A stretch of DNA of 64,000 nucleotides from contig JBFWYI010000006.1 of assembly GCA_050186575.1 (NCBI GenBank), positions 35,130-99,129 of the forward strand, in the 5' to 3' direction. The DNA is from Sandaracinaceae bacterium (lineage in GTDB: Bacteria > Myxococcota_A > Polyangia > Polyangiales > Sandaracinaceae). Shown in pieces: positions 19,721 to 28,418 of this stretch; positions within the stretch are counted from its first letter, which is position 1; each line of letters starts with the position of its first letter. Under the pieces are notes generated by a model, which saw only the letters and a list, made by a program, of their open reading frames with translations, did no database searches and was not told where the DNA came from. The translations under genes and the position numbers were made by a program.

Positions 19721-20437
19721 CTACTCCGACGCGTCGCGGTGAGCCTTCGCCGCCGCCATGAGCACCTGGGCGAACATGTCGACCACGACGTCGCCCATCT
19801 CATCGACGGAGTAATCGACCTTGTCGAAGCCGGCGCCGAGGGGACCGTCGACGATAAGGGCGCTGAGGCCGTGGGTGACCGACCACGCGAGGAGGACGTA
19901 CGCGTGCAAGGGTCCTTGCGGGACGAAGCCGTTCGCCTGGCCGGCCGCGATGTTGGTGACCAGCGTCTGGAAGACGGGCTCGGAGGCGGCGTGCAGCTCG
20001 GGGAAGGCCTCGGGGTCGGCGAGCTCAGGGCGGAACATGACGCGGAAGTGCGCCGGATGTTTGCGCGCGAACCGGACGTAGGCGCCGCCGCACGCGGTGA
20101 GGCGCGGGGCGCCGATCGCGGCATCGCGCACGGCGTCGTTCATCTCGGCGCCGAGCAGACGGAAGCCGTCCGTCGCGATGGCGGCGAGCAGGGCGCCGCG
20201 ATTCGGGAAATGATGATACGGAGCCGCCGCGCTCACGCCGGCGCGCTTGGCCGCCTGGCGGAGCGAGAGCGCCTGGACGCCGCCCTCCTCGATGAGGGCG
20301 AGGCTGGCCTCGATGAGGGCGGTCCGGAGGTCGCCGTGGTGATACCCGGGCTTCTCGGCTGCTTCGTGCTCGGCCACGTCGGTCCCCAGCATAGCTGCCG
20401 GATCGATCTGAACATCGCTCATTTTGGCTGTTGACAT
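19721..20437 (-). CDS. TetR/AcrR family transcriptional repressor
   Basis: N-terminal HTH 'ALSLRQAAKRAGVSAAAPYHHFPNRGALLAAI' is followed by a helical ligand-binding domain. It is divergent from an MFP-RND efflux operon. Confidence 0.8.
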   Translation of the reverse strand: MSTAKMSDVQIDPAAMLGTDVAEHEAAEKPGYHHGDLRTALIEASLALIEEGGVQALSLRQAAKRAGVSAAAPYHHFPNRGALLAAIATDGFRLLGAEMNDAVRDAAIGAPRLTACGGAYVRFARKHPAHFRVMFRPELADPEAFPELHAASEPVFQTLVTNIAAGQANGFVPQGPLHAYVLLAWSVTHGLSALIVDGPLGAGFDKVDYSVDEMGDVVVDMFAQVLMAAAKAHRDASE

Positions 20438-20492
20438 CCCTGGGCCGGAAACTAAACAGTGCTCAGTCCGACATCTAAACACTGTTCAGACA
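20431..20492. promoter_or_regulatory. Divergent promoter/operator region: TTGACA-N15-TAAACA sigma-70-like promoter toward the efflux operon, overlapping direct/inverted repeats 'CTAAACAGTG'...'CTAAACACTG' (candidate TetR operator)
   Basis: Read directly: TTGACAtccctgggccggaaaCTAAACAGTGctcagtccgacatCTAAACACTGttcaga. The CAGTG/CACTG cores are mutual reverse complements. Confidence 0.35.
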
Positions 20493-20493
20493 C

Positions 20494-21666
20494 ATGTCCA
20501 GGGAGATGGCGATGGCGAAGACATGGGCGAGGCTCGGCGGGTGGAGCCTGGTGGCGCTGGGGCTGGGGCTGGGCGCGTGGCTGGCGCGCCGCGACGCGCG
20601 GGCCGACGACGAGGCCGCGACGGGGGCGGTGCCGAGCATGCGGGTCGAGCTCGAGACGGTGGGGATCGCGGCGGTGCGCTCCCGGCACGTCGCGCACGGG
20701 GTCACGCGACCGACCGACCGGGCGATGCTCTCGTTCGCCGAGGGCGGCCGGGTCGTCGCGCGGCCCATCCAGGTGGGCCAGCGCGTCCGCGCCGGCGAGG
20801 TCGTCGCGCGGCTGGACCCCGCGCCGTATCGCAACGCGGTCCGCGCGGCGAGCGCGAGCCGGCGCGAGCTCGAGCTGAGGAGCGAGCAGCTCGGGCGCGA
20901 TCGCGATCGTGCGGAGCGGCTCGCGCACGAAGGGGTGACGACCGACGCGCGGCTCGAAGAAGCGGTCAGCGGGTACGACCGGGTCGAGGCCCTCCACGCG
21001 GCGGCGAGCGCACAGCTCCGTGAGTCGCAGCGTCGCAGCCGGGAAGGTGTATTGCGCGCGCCCTTCGACGGGGTGGTGACCGACGCGCTGGTCGAGGTCG
21101 GCGAGCTCGTCTCCCCCGGGCAACCGCTCGTGCGCCTCGCCGGCGAAGGTGGGCAGGAGGTCCTGCTCGAGGTGCCGGCCGAGCTCGCGGGTGGGCTCAT
21201 CGTCGGCGCGTCCGTCGCGATGCGCGCGGTCGGCTACGAAGCGGACGATCCGCTCGCGAGGACGCCGCTGGAAGGGACGATCCGCAGCGTCGCCGACCGC
21301 GCGGCCAGCGTGTCGGGGCTCTATCCGGTGATCATCGACGTCACGACCCCGAGCGCGCGAGCCGGGCTCGCGGTCGAGGTCGCGCTCGACGGCATTGAGC
21401 ACGATGTGTTGCAGGTGCCGCTGAGCGCGGTGCTCGATCCGTCGGGCTCGCGGCCGTTCGTGTGGCGCGCGCGCGACGGGCGGGCGGAGCGCGCCTGGAT
21501 CCGCCTCGGCCGCCTGGACGCGGATCGCGTCGAGGTGCGCGAAGGGCTCGCGGTGGGCGACCGGGTCGTGGTGCGCGGGCTGCATCGCCTCCTCGAGGGC
21601 GACGAGCTCGCGGCGGGCGATCCGGCGACGGACGATGCGCGCGCCTCGGTCGGAGGTGCGCGATGA
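20494..21666 (+). CDS. RND efflux periplasmic adaptor (membrane fusion protein)
   Basis: N-terminal anchor 'WSLVALGLGLGAWLA'. MFP lipoyl/beta-barrel motifs 'VVARLDP...GVLRAPFDGVV' are present. Alternative starts at 20506 and 20512 follow GGGAG. The stop overlaps the downstream ATG as ATGA. Confidence 0.8.
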   Translation: MSREMAMAKTWARLGGWSLVALGLGLGAWLARRDARADDEAATGAVPSMRVELETVGIAAVRSRHVAHGVTRPTDRAMLSFAEGGRVVARPIQVGQRVRAGEVVARLDPAPYRNAVRAASASRRELELRSEQLGRDRDRAERLAHEGVTTDARLEEAVSGYDRVEALHAAASAQLRESQRRSREGVLRAPFDGVVTDALVEVGELVSPGQPLVRLAGEGGQEVLLEVPAELAGGLIVGASVAMRAVGYEADDPLARTPLEGTIRSVADRAASVSGLYPVIIDVTTPSARAGLAVEVALDGIEHDVLQVPLSAVLDPSGSRPFVWRARDGRAERAWIRLGRLDADRVEVREGLAVGDRVVVRGLHRLLEGDELAAGDPATDDARASVGGAR

Positions 21667-24600
21667 TCGGTCGCCTCACGGAGCTGCTCGTCGCGCGACC
21701 GCGGCTCACGCTGGGCCTCGCGCTCCTCCTGAGCGCGGCGGGCCTCGTGTCGTGGTTCACGATGGCGCGCGAGGAGGACCCGCGGCTCACCCAGCGGATC
21801 GGGCTCCTCGTTGTCCCCTTCCCTGGCGCCGACGCGGCGCGCGTCGAGCGGCTCGCGGTGCGCCCGATCGAGGACGAGCTGGCCGAGGTCGACGAGGTCG
21901 TCGAGACGCGCGCGACGATCCGCGCGTCGGTGGCGGTGCTCAACCTCGAGCTGCGCCGCGACGTGACGGACACCGACACGGCGTGGGATCGTGTCGAGGA
22001 GGCGATCGCGCGCGCGCGCCTCGAGATGCCGGAAGGTGTTTTGACGCCGAGCCTCGACCACGATCTCGTCGAGACGGAGTCGGTGCTGGTGGCGATCACC
22101 GGATCGGGCGACGTGCTCGAGCTCGCCGACGCGGCCGACGCGCTGCGCGACCGGCTCCTCCGCGTCGACGACGTGTCGGAGGTGGTGCGGAGCGGCGATC
22201 CCGGTGAGCAGGTCGTGGTGCTCTACGACGACGCGACGGCCCGCCGCCTCGGGCTGCCCGCGGAGCGGCTCGCCGAGCTGCTCGCCGCGCGCAACGTGAC
22301 GATCCCCGGCGGCGCGATCCGCGTCGACGACCGCCGGGTCGAGCTGCGTCCGCGGGCCGAGCTCGAGACGGTCGAGGAGCTCGCGCGCACGCCGATCCTC
22401 CTCGCGTCCGGTGCCGCGGTGCCGCTCGGATCGATCGCGGAGGTCCGTCGCGCACCCGCCGAGCCGCGCCTCGAGCGCGCGCGCCTCGACGGCGCCCCCA
22501 CGGTGGTCCTCGGGGTGATCCCGCGCGACGCGATCGACGCGGTCGCGTTCGGCGAGGATGTCCGCGCGGTGCTCGCCGAGTACCGCACCGAACACCCGCA
22601 ATGGACACTGACGGAGATCGCGTACCAGCCCGACAAGGTGTCGGGGCGGCTCGGTGAGCTCGGGCTCTCGCTCCTCCTCGGCGTAGGGATCGTGCTCCTC
22701 GTCCTCTTCCTCACGATGGGGCCGCGCCTCGGCGTGGTGGTCGGCTCGGTGGTCCCGCTCGTCACGTTCGCGAGCCTCGCGATCTACGCGGCGGGCGGCG
22801 GCGTGCTGCACCAGATGGCGGTCGCTGCGCTCGTCCTCGCGCTCGGGCTCTTGGTCGACAACGCGATCGTGATGGCCGAGGCGATCCAACATCGCCTCGA
22901 CGCGGGCGCGAGCCGCGCCGAGGCGATGCGCGGCGCGGTCTCCGAGCTCGCGATCCCGCTCGCGTCGGCGACCGCCACCACCCTCGCGTCGTTCGTCCCG
23001 ATGCTCCTCGCGCCGGGGACGACCGGCGACTTCACGCGCGCGATCCCGATCGTCGTGATGATCACGCTCAGCGCGAGCTACGTGTATGCGCTCGTCGTAA
23101 CGCCGCTCGTCGGCGGGTTCCTGCTGCGGCCCCGCGCGTCGAGCGGCGACGGCTGGGTCGAGCGCGCGGCGCGGTGGATCGCGCAGCGCTCGGTGAAGCG
23201 GCCCGGGTTGACGCTCGCAGCGGTCGGCCTCGTGGTCGGCGGCGCCGGCGCGTTCGCCACGATCGTCCAGAAGGACTTCTTTCCATCCTCCGATCGCGAG
23301 CAGCTCGTGGTGAGCGTCGAGCTCCCCGAGGGCGCGCACCTCGACGCGACGGACGACGCCTCGCGCCGGCTCGAGCGCGCGCTCTCGGAGCGGCGCGAGG
23401 TCGTGAGCGTGGCCGCGTTCGTCGGCCGGAGCGCGCCGTCGTTCTACTACAACCTCCCGCGCGCCCCGCGCTCGCCCCACCTCGCGCACGTCGTGGTGAC
23501 CACCCGGAGCGCGGCCGACGTCGGCGCGATCCGCACGTTCGTCCGCGCGTGGTCGGCGCGCGAGCTACCGGACGCGACCGTGGTGCCGCGCCGCCTCGAG
23601 CAGGGCCCGCCGGTGCCCGCGCCGATCGAGGTGCGCCTCTTGGGCGACGACCTCGCCGACCTCCACCTCGCCGCTGAACAGGTGCAACGCGTGTTGCGCG
23701 AGGATCCGCGCGCCGCCGACGTCCGCACGACGCAGGGACCCGGCGTCCCCACCCTCGGCTTCGCGATCGACGACGCGGTGGCCGGCCGTCGCGGCGTCGC
23801 GCGCGCCCAGATCGCGAGCGCGATGCTCGGGCGCACCGAGGGGCTGCGCGCGGGGAGCTACCGCGGCGGCGAGGACCCCGTGCCGATCGTGGTGCGCGCG
23901 TCGGCCGGGGATGCGCACGCGCCCGAGCAGCTCGACGCCATCGATCTCGTGAGCGCGGCGGGCTGGACACCGCTCGGCGCGGTGACCACGCGCGACCTCT
24001 CGTTCGGGCCCGCCGTGATCCAGCATCGCGACGGTCGTCGCGTCGTGTCGGTGCTCGCCGAGGTGGAGGACGGCTCGACCTACGCACAGATCATCGCCGA
24101 CGCGCGCCCTCGCCTCGAGGCGCTGGAGCTACCGAGCGGCGTGTCGTTCGTCCTCGGCGGCGCCACCGAGTCGTCCGCCAAAGCGAACGACGCGCTCGCG
24201 AGTCGGGCGTGGCTCGGCGCGCTCCTCCTCGTCGTGGTCCTCATCGCGCAGTTCGAGTCGCTCCGTCGCGTCGCCATCGTGCTCGTGACCGCGCCGCTCG
24301 CCGCGCTCGGGATCTGGCCAGGGCTCTTCGCGCTCGATCTCCCGTTCGGGTTCGTCGCGCTGCTCGGCGCCATCGCGCTGATCGGGATCGCGGTCAACGC
24401 CGCCATCGTGCTGCTCGATCTGACCGAGAGCCTGCGCGCCGAGGGCGCCTCGATCGCGGCCGCGCTCGAGGCGGCGGTGACGCGCCGCACCCGACCGATC
24501 CTGCTCACCACCGTGACGACGATCGCGGGGCTCGTCCCGCTGCTCTTCAGCGAGTCCACGCTCTGGCCGCCGATGGCCGCCGCCATGATCAGCGGCCTGA

Positions 24601-26156
24601 CCGTCGCGACCGCCCTCACGTTGTTCGCGGTGCCCGCGCTCTATCGGCTGCTGTTCCGCGATCCCAAGCCGACCGAGGCGCGACCCCTTCCGTTGACCGC
24701 CCTCGGCTCGGCGGCGGCGGCGATGTTCGCGCTGAGCCTGATCGGCTCGACCCCCGCGTTCGCGCAGACCGACGCGCCGGAGCCGGCCGAAGACATGCAA
24801 GCCCTCTTGCAAGGGGAGCCCGAGGGGATGACGGTCGACGACGTGCGCGCCCGCGCGCTCGAGGTCTCGCCTTCGCTCGACGCGCAGCGCGCCGCGATCC
24901 GCGCCGCGGAGGCCCGCGTCCCCGAGGCGTGGGCCGCCATCCTCCCCCAGGTGCAGGTCGGCGGCCGCTACACGCGCCTCTCCGAGATCGAGAACGACCC
25001 GCTGGTGAGCGGCATCGATCCGAGCGGCGCGCAGGCGCTGGTGGCGGGCGTCGATGATCCGGAGGCCCGCGCGCTCTGGGAGTCGACCCTCACCCAGCAG
25101 CAGGCGCTCGCGCAGCGGGCGATCCCGTTCTACCCGAACCAGCTCGCGTTCGACGCGACGATCCAACTTCCGCTGAGCGAGCTGTTCCTCACGCTGGTGC
25201 CGCGCCTCGAGGCCGCGGACGCGGGCGTCGACGCCGCGCGCTCGGCGGAGCGTGCCGTGCAACATGCGTTGCGACTTCGATCCGCGGAGGCGTTCTACGC
25301 GGTCGCGCGAGCGCGCGCGTACTCGGCGCTCGCCGCGCAGCGGGTGATCGACGTCGAGGAGCAGGCGCGCCTCGCGCGGGTGGCCGAGCGCGAGGGCGCC
25401 GCGCTCCTCAGCGAGCGCCTGCGGGCCGAAGCGCAGCTCGCGCGCGCCCGGTCCGCGTCGATCCTGGCGCAGGCGAGGCTCGCGGCGGGAGAGGAGGCGC
25501 TCCGCGCGCTCCTCCACCTCGAGCCCACGACCCCGCTCTCGCTCGCCACGCTCGACGCGCCGCCCTCCCGTCCCCCCGCGAGCCTGGCGGCGCTGACCGC
25601 GCGTGCGATCGAGCGACGACCCGAGACCGAGGCGCTGCGCGATGCGATGCGCGCGAGCGATCGCACGCAGCAGGCGGCGGAGGGCGCGCGGTGGCCGGTG
25701 CTCCGCGTCGCGTTCGGCGCCCAGCTCGCGAACCCGAACCCGCGCTTCGTCCCGCAGCACGATCGCTTCGATCCGACGTGGGACCTCTCGGTGATCCTCG
25801 GCTGGTCGCCAAACCAGACGATCGCGGCCGACGCGCAGGCGAGCCGGGCGAGCGCCGAGACGGCGCGGCTGCGCGCCGACCTCGAATCATTGCACGATAC
25901 GTTGCGCATCGAGGTCGCCAGCGCGTATGCGGATCGTCGCATCGCCGACGCGCAACGCGACGAAGCCGACGCGGCCCTCCGCGCCGCGGCCGAGGCCTAT
26001 CGCGCGCGGCAGCGCGAGCGGGAGGCCGGCTCGGCGAACACCGCTGCGCTCCTCGACGCGGAGACGGAGCTCGCGGCGGCGCGGTTCGCGTGGATCGACG
26101 CCGCGATCTTCCTGCACCTCGCCGAGGCCAGGCTCGGCTACGCGGCGGGGGAGTAG
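21663..26156 (+). CDS. Fused RND permease + outer-membrane-factor (TolC-like) protein: 1497 aa, a single uninterrupted frame
   Basis: Residues 1 to about 1020 are a complete AcrB-like RND pump (12 TM, motif 'LGLLVDNAIVMAEA'). Without any stop the frame continues: 'LYRLLFRDPKPTEARPLP' then 'LTALGSAAAAMFALSLIGSTPAFAQT', which looks like a signal peptide or a 13th TM. Then comes a complete OMF domain (about 470 aa) with two TolC repeats: 'VDDVRARALEVSPSLDAQRAAIRAAEARV...' and '...AEAFYAVARARAYSALAAQRVIDVEEQ'. An internal in-frame ATG lies at 24723. Confidence 0.75.
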   Translation: MIGRLTELLVARPRLTLGLALLLSAAGLVSWFTMAREEDPRLTQRIGLLVVPFPGADAARVERLAVRPIEDELAEVDEVVETRATIRASVAVLNLELRRDVTDTDTAWDRVEEAIARARLEMPEGVLTPSLDHDLVETESVLVAITGSGDVLELADAADALRDRLLRVDDVSEVVRSGDPGEQVVVLYDDATARRLGLPAERLAELLAARNVTIPGGAIRVDDRRVELRPRAELETVEELARTPILLASGAAVPLGSIAEVRRAPAEPRLERARLDGAPTVVLGVIPRDAIDAVAFGEDVRAVLAEYRTEHPQWTLTEIAYQPDKVSGRLGELGLSLLLGVGIVLLVLFLTMGPRLGVVVGSVVPLVTFASLAIYAAGGGVLHQMAVAALVLALGLLVDNAIVMAEAIQHRLDAGASRAEAMRGAVSELAIPLASATATTLASFVPMLLAPGTTGDFTRAIPIVVMITLSASYVYALVVTPLVGGFLLRPRASSGDGWVERAARWIAQRSVKRPGLTLAAVGLVVGGAGAFATIVQKDFFPSSDREQLVVSVELPEGAHLDATDDASRRLERALSERREVVSVAAFVGRSAPSFYYNLPRAPRSPHLAHVVVTTRSAADVGAIRTFVRAWSARELPDATVVPRRLEQGPPVPAPIEVRLLGDDLADLHLAAEQVQRVLREDPRAADVRTTQGPGVPTLGFAIDDAVAGRRGVARAQIASAMLGRTEGLRAGSYRGGEDPVPIVVRASAGDAHAPEQLDAIDLVSAAGWTPLGAVTTRDLSFGPAVIQHRDGRRVVSVLAEVEDGSTYAQIIADARPRLEALELPSGVSFVLGGATESSAKANDALASRAWLGALLLVVVLIAQFESLRRVAIVLVTAPLAALGIWPGLFALDLPFGFVALLGAIALIGIAVNAAIVLLDLTESLRAEGASIAAALEAAVTRRTRPILLTTVTTIAGLVPLLFSESTLWPPMAAAMISGLTVATALTLFAVPALYRLLFRDPKPTEARPLPLTALGSAAAAMFALSLIGSTPAFAQTDAPEPAEDMQALLQGEPEGMTVDDVRARALEVSPSLDAQRAAIRAAEARVPEAWAAILPQVQVGGRYTRLSEIENDPLVSGIDPSGAQALVAGVDDPEARALWESTLTQQQALAQRAIPFYPNQLAFDATIQLPLSELFLTLVPRLEAADAGVDAARSAERAVQHALRLRSAEAFYAVARARAYSALAAQRVIDVEEQARLARVAEREGAALLSERLRAEAQLARARSASILAQARLAAGEEALRALLHLEPTTPLSLATLDAPPSRPPASLAALTARAIERRPETEALRDAMRASDRTQQAAEGARWPVLRVAFGAQLANPNPRFVPQHDRFDPTWDLSVILGWSPNQTIAADAQASRASAETARLRADLESLHDTLRIEVASAYADRRIADAQRDEADAALRAAAEAYRARQREREAGSANTAALLDAETELAAARFAWIDAAIFLHLAEARLGYAAGE

Positions 26157-26213
26157 ACCTCCCGCGCGCCTCCCCCGAAGTCGCGCAGGACTCAGGATGC
26201 GGGGAGCGAGGAG

Positions 26214-26639
26214 TCAACCCGGCCAGGCCTCGCGCGCGCTCGGCGCGCGCTCAGGCGAAGTAGCGCCGCACCGAGCGATCGAGCAGCACCGCAGCGAGTA
26301 CATCGCCATCACGAAGTTCACCGCCACGCCGAGCCCGGCCAGGACGACGTTGAAGCTGGCCTGGTGATAGAGCGCGGCGAGCACCTGCCACGCCATGAAC
26401 GGCGCGATGATCGCGCCGAGCCCGCTCATGCCGATCATCACCGCGCGCGTCAGCCCGTTCCGCCGCTCGAGCGAGCGCCCGATGAGGAACGTCACCGCGA
26501 GCCAGAACGTGGTGACGAGGACGGTCACCATCAGCGAGATGGGCCCGATCCCGTTCATCAGGATCGAGCCGGCCCCGCCGGCCAGCGTGTAGAGGTACCA
26601 GGCGATCGTCAGCCCTTGGATCTTGTCGCGCGCCGTCAT
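26214..26639 (-). CDS. Small hypothetical membrane protein (141 aa, about 4 TM)
   Basis: ATG 26639 is preceded by a strong SD (RC ...GGGGGAGC-ATG). The sequence is hydrophobic: 'LTIAWYLYTLAGGAGSILMNGIGPISLMVTVLVTTFWLAVTFLIG'. It lies 45 nt downstream of the FHA sigma-54 activator on the same strand. The rest of the long ORF-track frame upstream is artefact. Confidence 0.5.
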   Translation of the reverse strand: MTARDKIQGLTIAWYLYTLAGGAGSILMNGIGPISLMVTVLVTTFWLAVTFLIGRSLERRNGLTRAVMIGMSGLGAIIAPFMAWQVLAALYHQASFNVVLAGLGVAVNFVMAMYSLRCCSIARCGATSPERAPSAREAWPG

Positions 26640-26683
26640 GCTCCCCCGTCGTACGGGGCGCGCCCGTTGGCCTTCCCTCTCGT

Positions 26684-28393
26684 CTACGCGAGATACCGAT
26701 AGAGGCTGCGAACGCTGATATCGAGCGCCGCGGCGGCCGCCTCGCGGTTGCCCTCGTGGCGGTCGAGGACGGCCGAGACGTAGCGGCTGACGAAGCGGTC
26801 GCGCGCCTCGGTGAGCGGGAGATCCAGCGGGCCGACGGGCTCGCCCTCGGCTCGCGCCGCCGCCTCGAGCTGCATGTGCTCGGGCTCGATCGCGCGACCA
26901 TCGCAGAGGATCGACGCGCGGCGCATCACCGCCCGCAGCTCGCGCACGTTGCCCTCCCACGCGTGCGCCAGGATCGCTCGCTCGCTCGCCGCCGACAGCT
27001 CGTGCGCGCCGATGCCGAGCGAGGTCTCGCACTGGCGGAGGAACAGGCGGGCGAGCAGCAAGACGTCCTCGCCGCGCGCGCGGAGCGGCGGCAGGTGCAC
27101 CGCGAGCTCGCGCAGCCGGTAGAGCAGATCCTTGCGGAAGCTTCCCGCCTCGACGGCGGCGTCGAGGTCCGCGCTCGTCGCCGCGACGAGCCGAAAGTCG
27201 ACGCGGCGCTCCTCGTTCTCGCCGACGCGGGTGACCGCGCGCTCCTCGAGCACGCGCAACAACGCGACTTGCATCGATAGAGGCATGTCGCCGACCTCGT
27301 CGAGGAACAGCGTCGAGCCCTCCGCCGCTTCGATGCGGCCCATCCGATCCGTCACCGCGCCGGTGTACGCGCCCTTCTTGCAGCCGAAGAGCTCCACCGC
27401 GAGCAGCGACTCCGGCACCGCCGCGCAGTTCAACGCGACCATCGGCCGCTCGGCGCGCGGGCTCTGCCGATGGATCGCGCGCGCCGCGACCTCCTTGCCG
27501 GTCCCCGTCTCCCCGAGGATGAGCACGCTGAGATCGCTCGGCGCGACGCGACGCACGAGCTCGCGCACGCGGATCATCGCCTCGGACTCCCCGACCATCG
27601 GATCGTCGGCCGACGGCCCCGTCATCGCGGCGCGACGGCGGAGCTGCTCGAGGAGCGGCAGCGCCATCGTCGCGAGCAACCCGAGGTCGTGCGCCTGCGC
27701 ATCGCTGAAGCGACCACGCGCGTCCCTGTGGCCGAGGTAGAGCGCGCCGAGCACGCGCGACCCCATCCGCATCGGGACGCAGAGCACACTTCGGAGTGAC
27801 AACGAGACGACCGATGGTACGGAGCGATACCGCGGGCTGGCGCTCAGATCCGTGACGCACACGCTCGCCGCGTCGCCGGCGAGGACGTCCATCACCACCG
27901 TGTCGCTGAGGAGCTCCTCCGCGCGCTCGAGCGGTCGGCCCTCGGCGTCCCGCGCGATCGGGATCGCGTAGCCGTCGGCGTCGCGCAGCACCACCGCGCC
28001 GGTCGCCGCGCCGGTCGCACGGACGAGGCCCGCGACCAACGCAGCCAGCGCGTCGGAAGGCTGGTCGGCCGCGGCGAGCGCCTCGGCGAGCGCTTCGAGG
28101 GGGAGCCCGTCCGTCGCGGTCGCCCTGGAGGCGTCGCGAAGCGCGAGGCTCACGCCGTCCACCTCGAGCGCTCCGCCGAGCGGGATCACGCGCGCGCCGC
28201 CGACGCCGATCTGGCGGAGCTCGAGGCCCGCGTCGACGCGGCGCAGGATCGCCCAGCGCTCGCTGAGGCTCGCGATGCGCACGTCGGCGGCCGGATCCGA
28301 GCCGATCGAGAGGAGCGCGCGATCGATGCGGCGCTGGACGGGCTCGAGGCCGGCCACCCGGATCTCGAGGATCCACCCGTCGCCCGCGGCCAT
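26684..28393 (-). CDS. Sigma-54-dependent transcriptional activator with N-terminal FHA domain and GAF domain (FHA-GAF-AAA+-HTH)
   Basis: FHA-like N-terminus 'ILEIRVAGLEP...LSIGSDPAADVRIASLSERWAILRRVDAGLELRQIG'. A GAF region follows. Walker A 'GETGTGKEV', 'GAYTGA' and the C-terminal HTH 'AAAALDISVRSLYRYL' are present. Confidence 0.85.
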   Translation of the reverse strand: MAAGDGWILEIRVAGLEPVQRRIDRALLSIGSDPAADVRIASLSERWAILRRVDAGLELRQIGVGGARVIPLGGALEVDGVSLALRDASRATATDGLPLEALAEALAAADQPSDALAALVAGLVRATGAATGAVVLRDADGYAIPIARDAEGRPLERAEELLSDTVVMDVLAGDAASVCVTDLSASPRYRSVPSVVSLSLRSVLCVPMRMGSRVLGALYLGHRDARGRFSDAQAHDLGLLATMALPLLEQLRRRAAMTGPSADDPMVGESEAMIRVRELVRRVAPSDLSVLILGETGTGKEVAARAIHRQSPRAERPMVALNCAAVPESLLAVELFGCKKGAYTGAVTDRMGRIEAAEGSTLFLDEVGDMPLSMQVALLRVLEERAVTRVGENEERRVDFRLVAATSADLDAAVEAGSFRKDLLYRLRELAVHLPPLRARGEDVLLLARLFLRQCETSLGIGAHELSAASERAILAHAWEGNVRELRAVMRRASILCDGRAIEPEHMQLEAAARAEGEPVGPLDLPLTEARDRFVSRYVSAVLDRHEGNREAAAAALDISVRSLYRYLA

Positions 28394-28418
28394 CGGTGCC
28401 GAGGATATCAAGGAGCGC

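Noticed and set aside
24690-24760. Treating the RND/OMF junction simply as two ordinary genes
   Set aside because: There is no stop codon in frame between the RND C-terminal tail and the OMF signal-peptide-like segment in the sequence as given. Splitting them would require assuming a sequencing error, so this is reported as a finding rather than silently split.
26640-28376. The 720-aa ORF 26214-28376(-), taken as one protein
   Set aside because: Only the last 141 codons (26214-26639) are compositionally protein-like and preceded by an SD. The upstream part is an Arg-rich alternative frame of the FHA sigma-54 activator gene.
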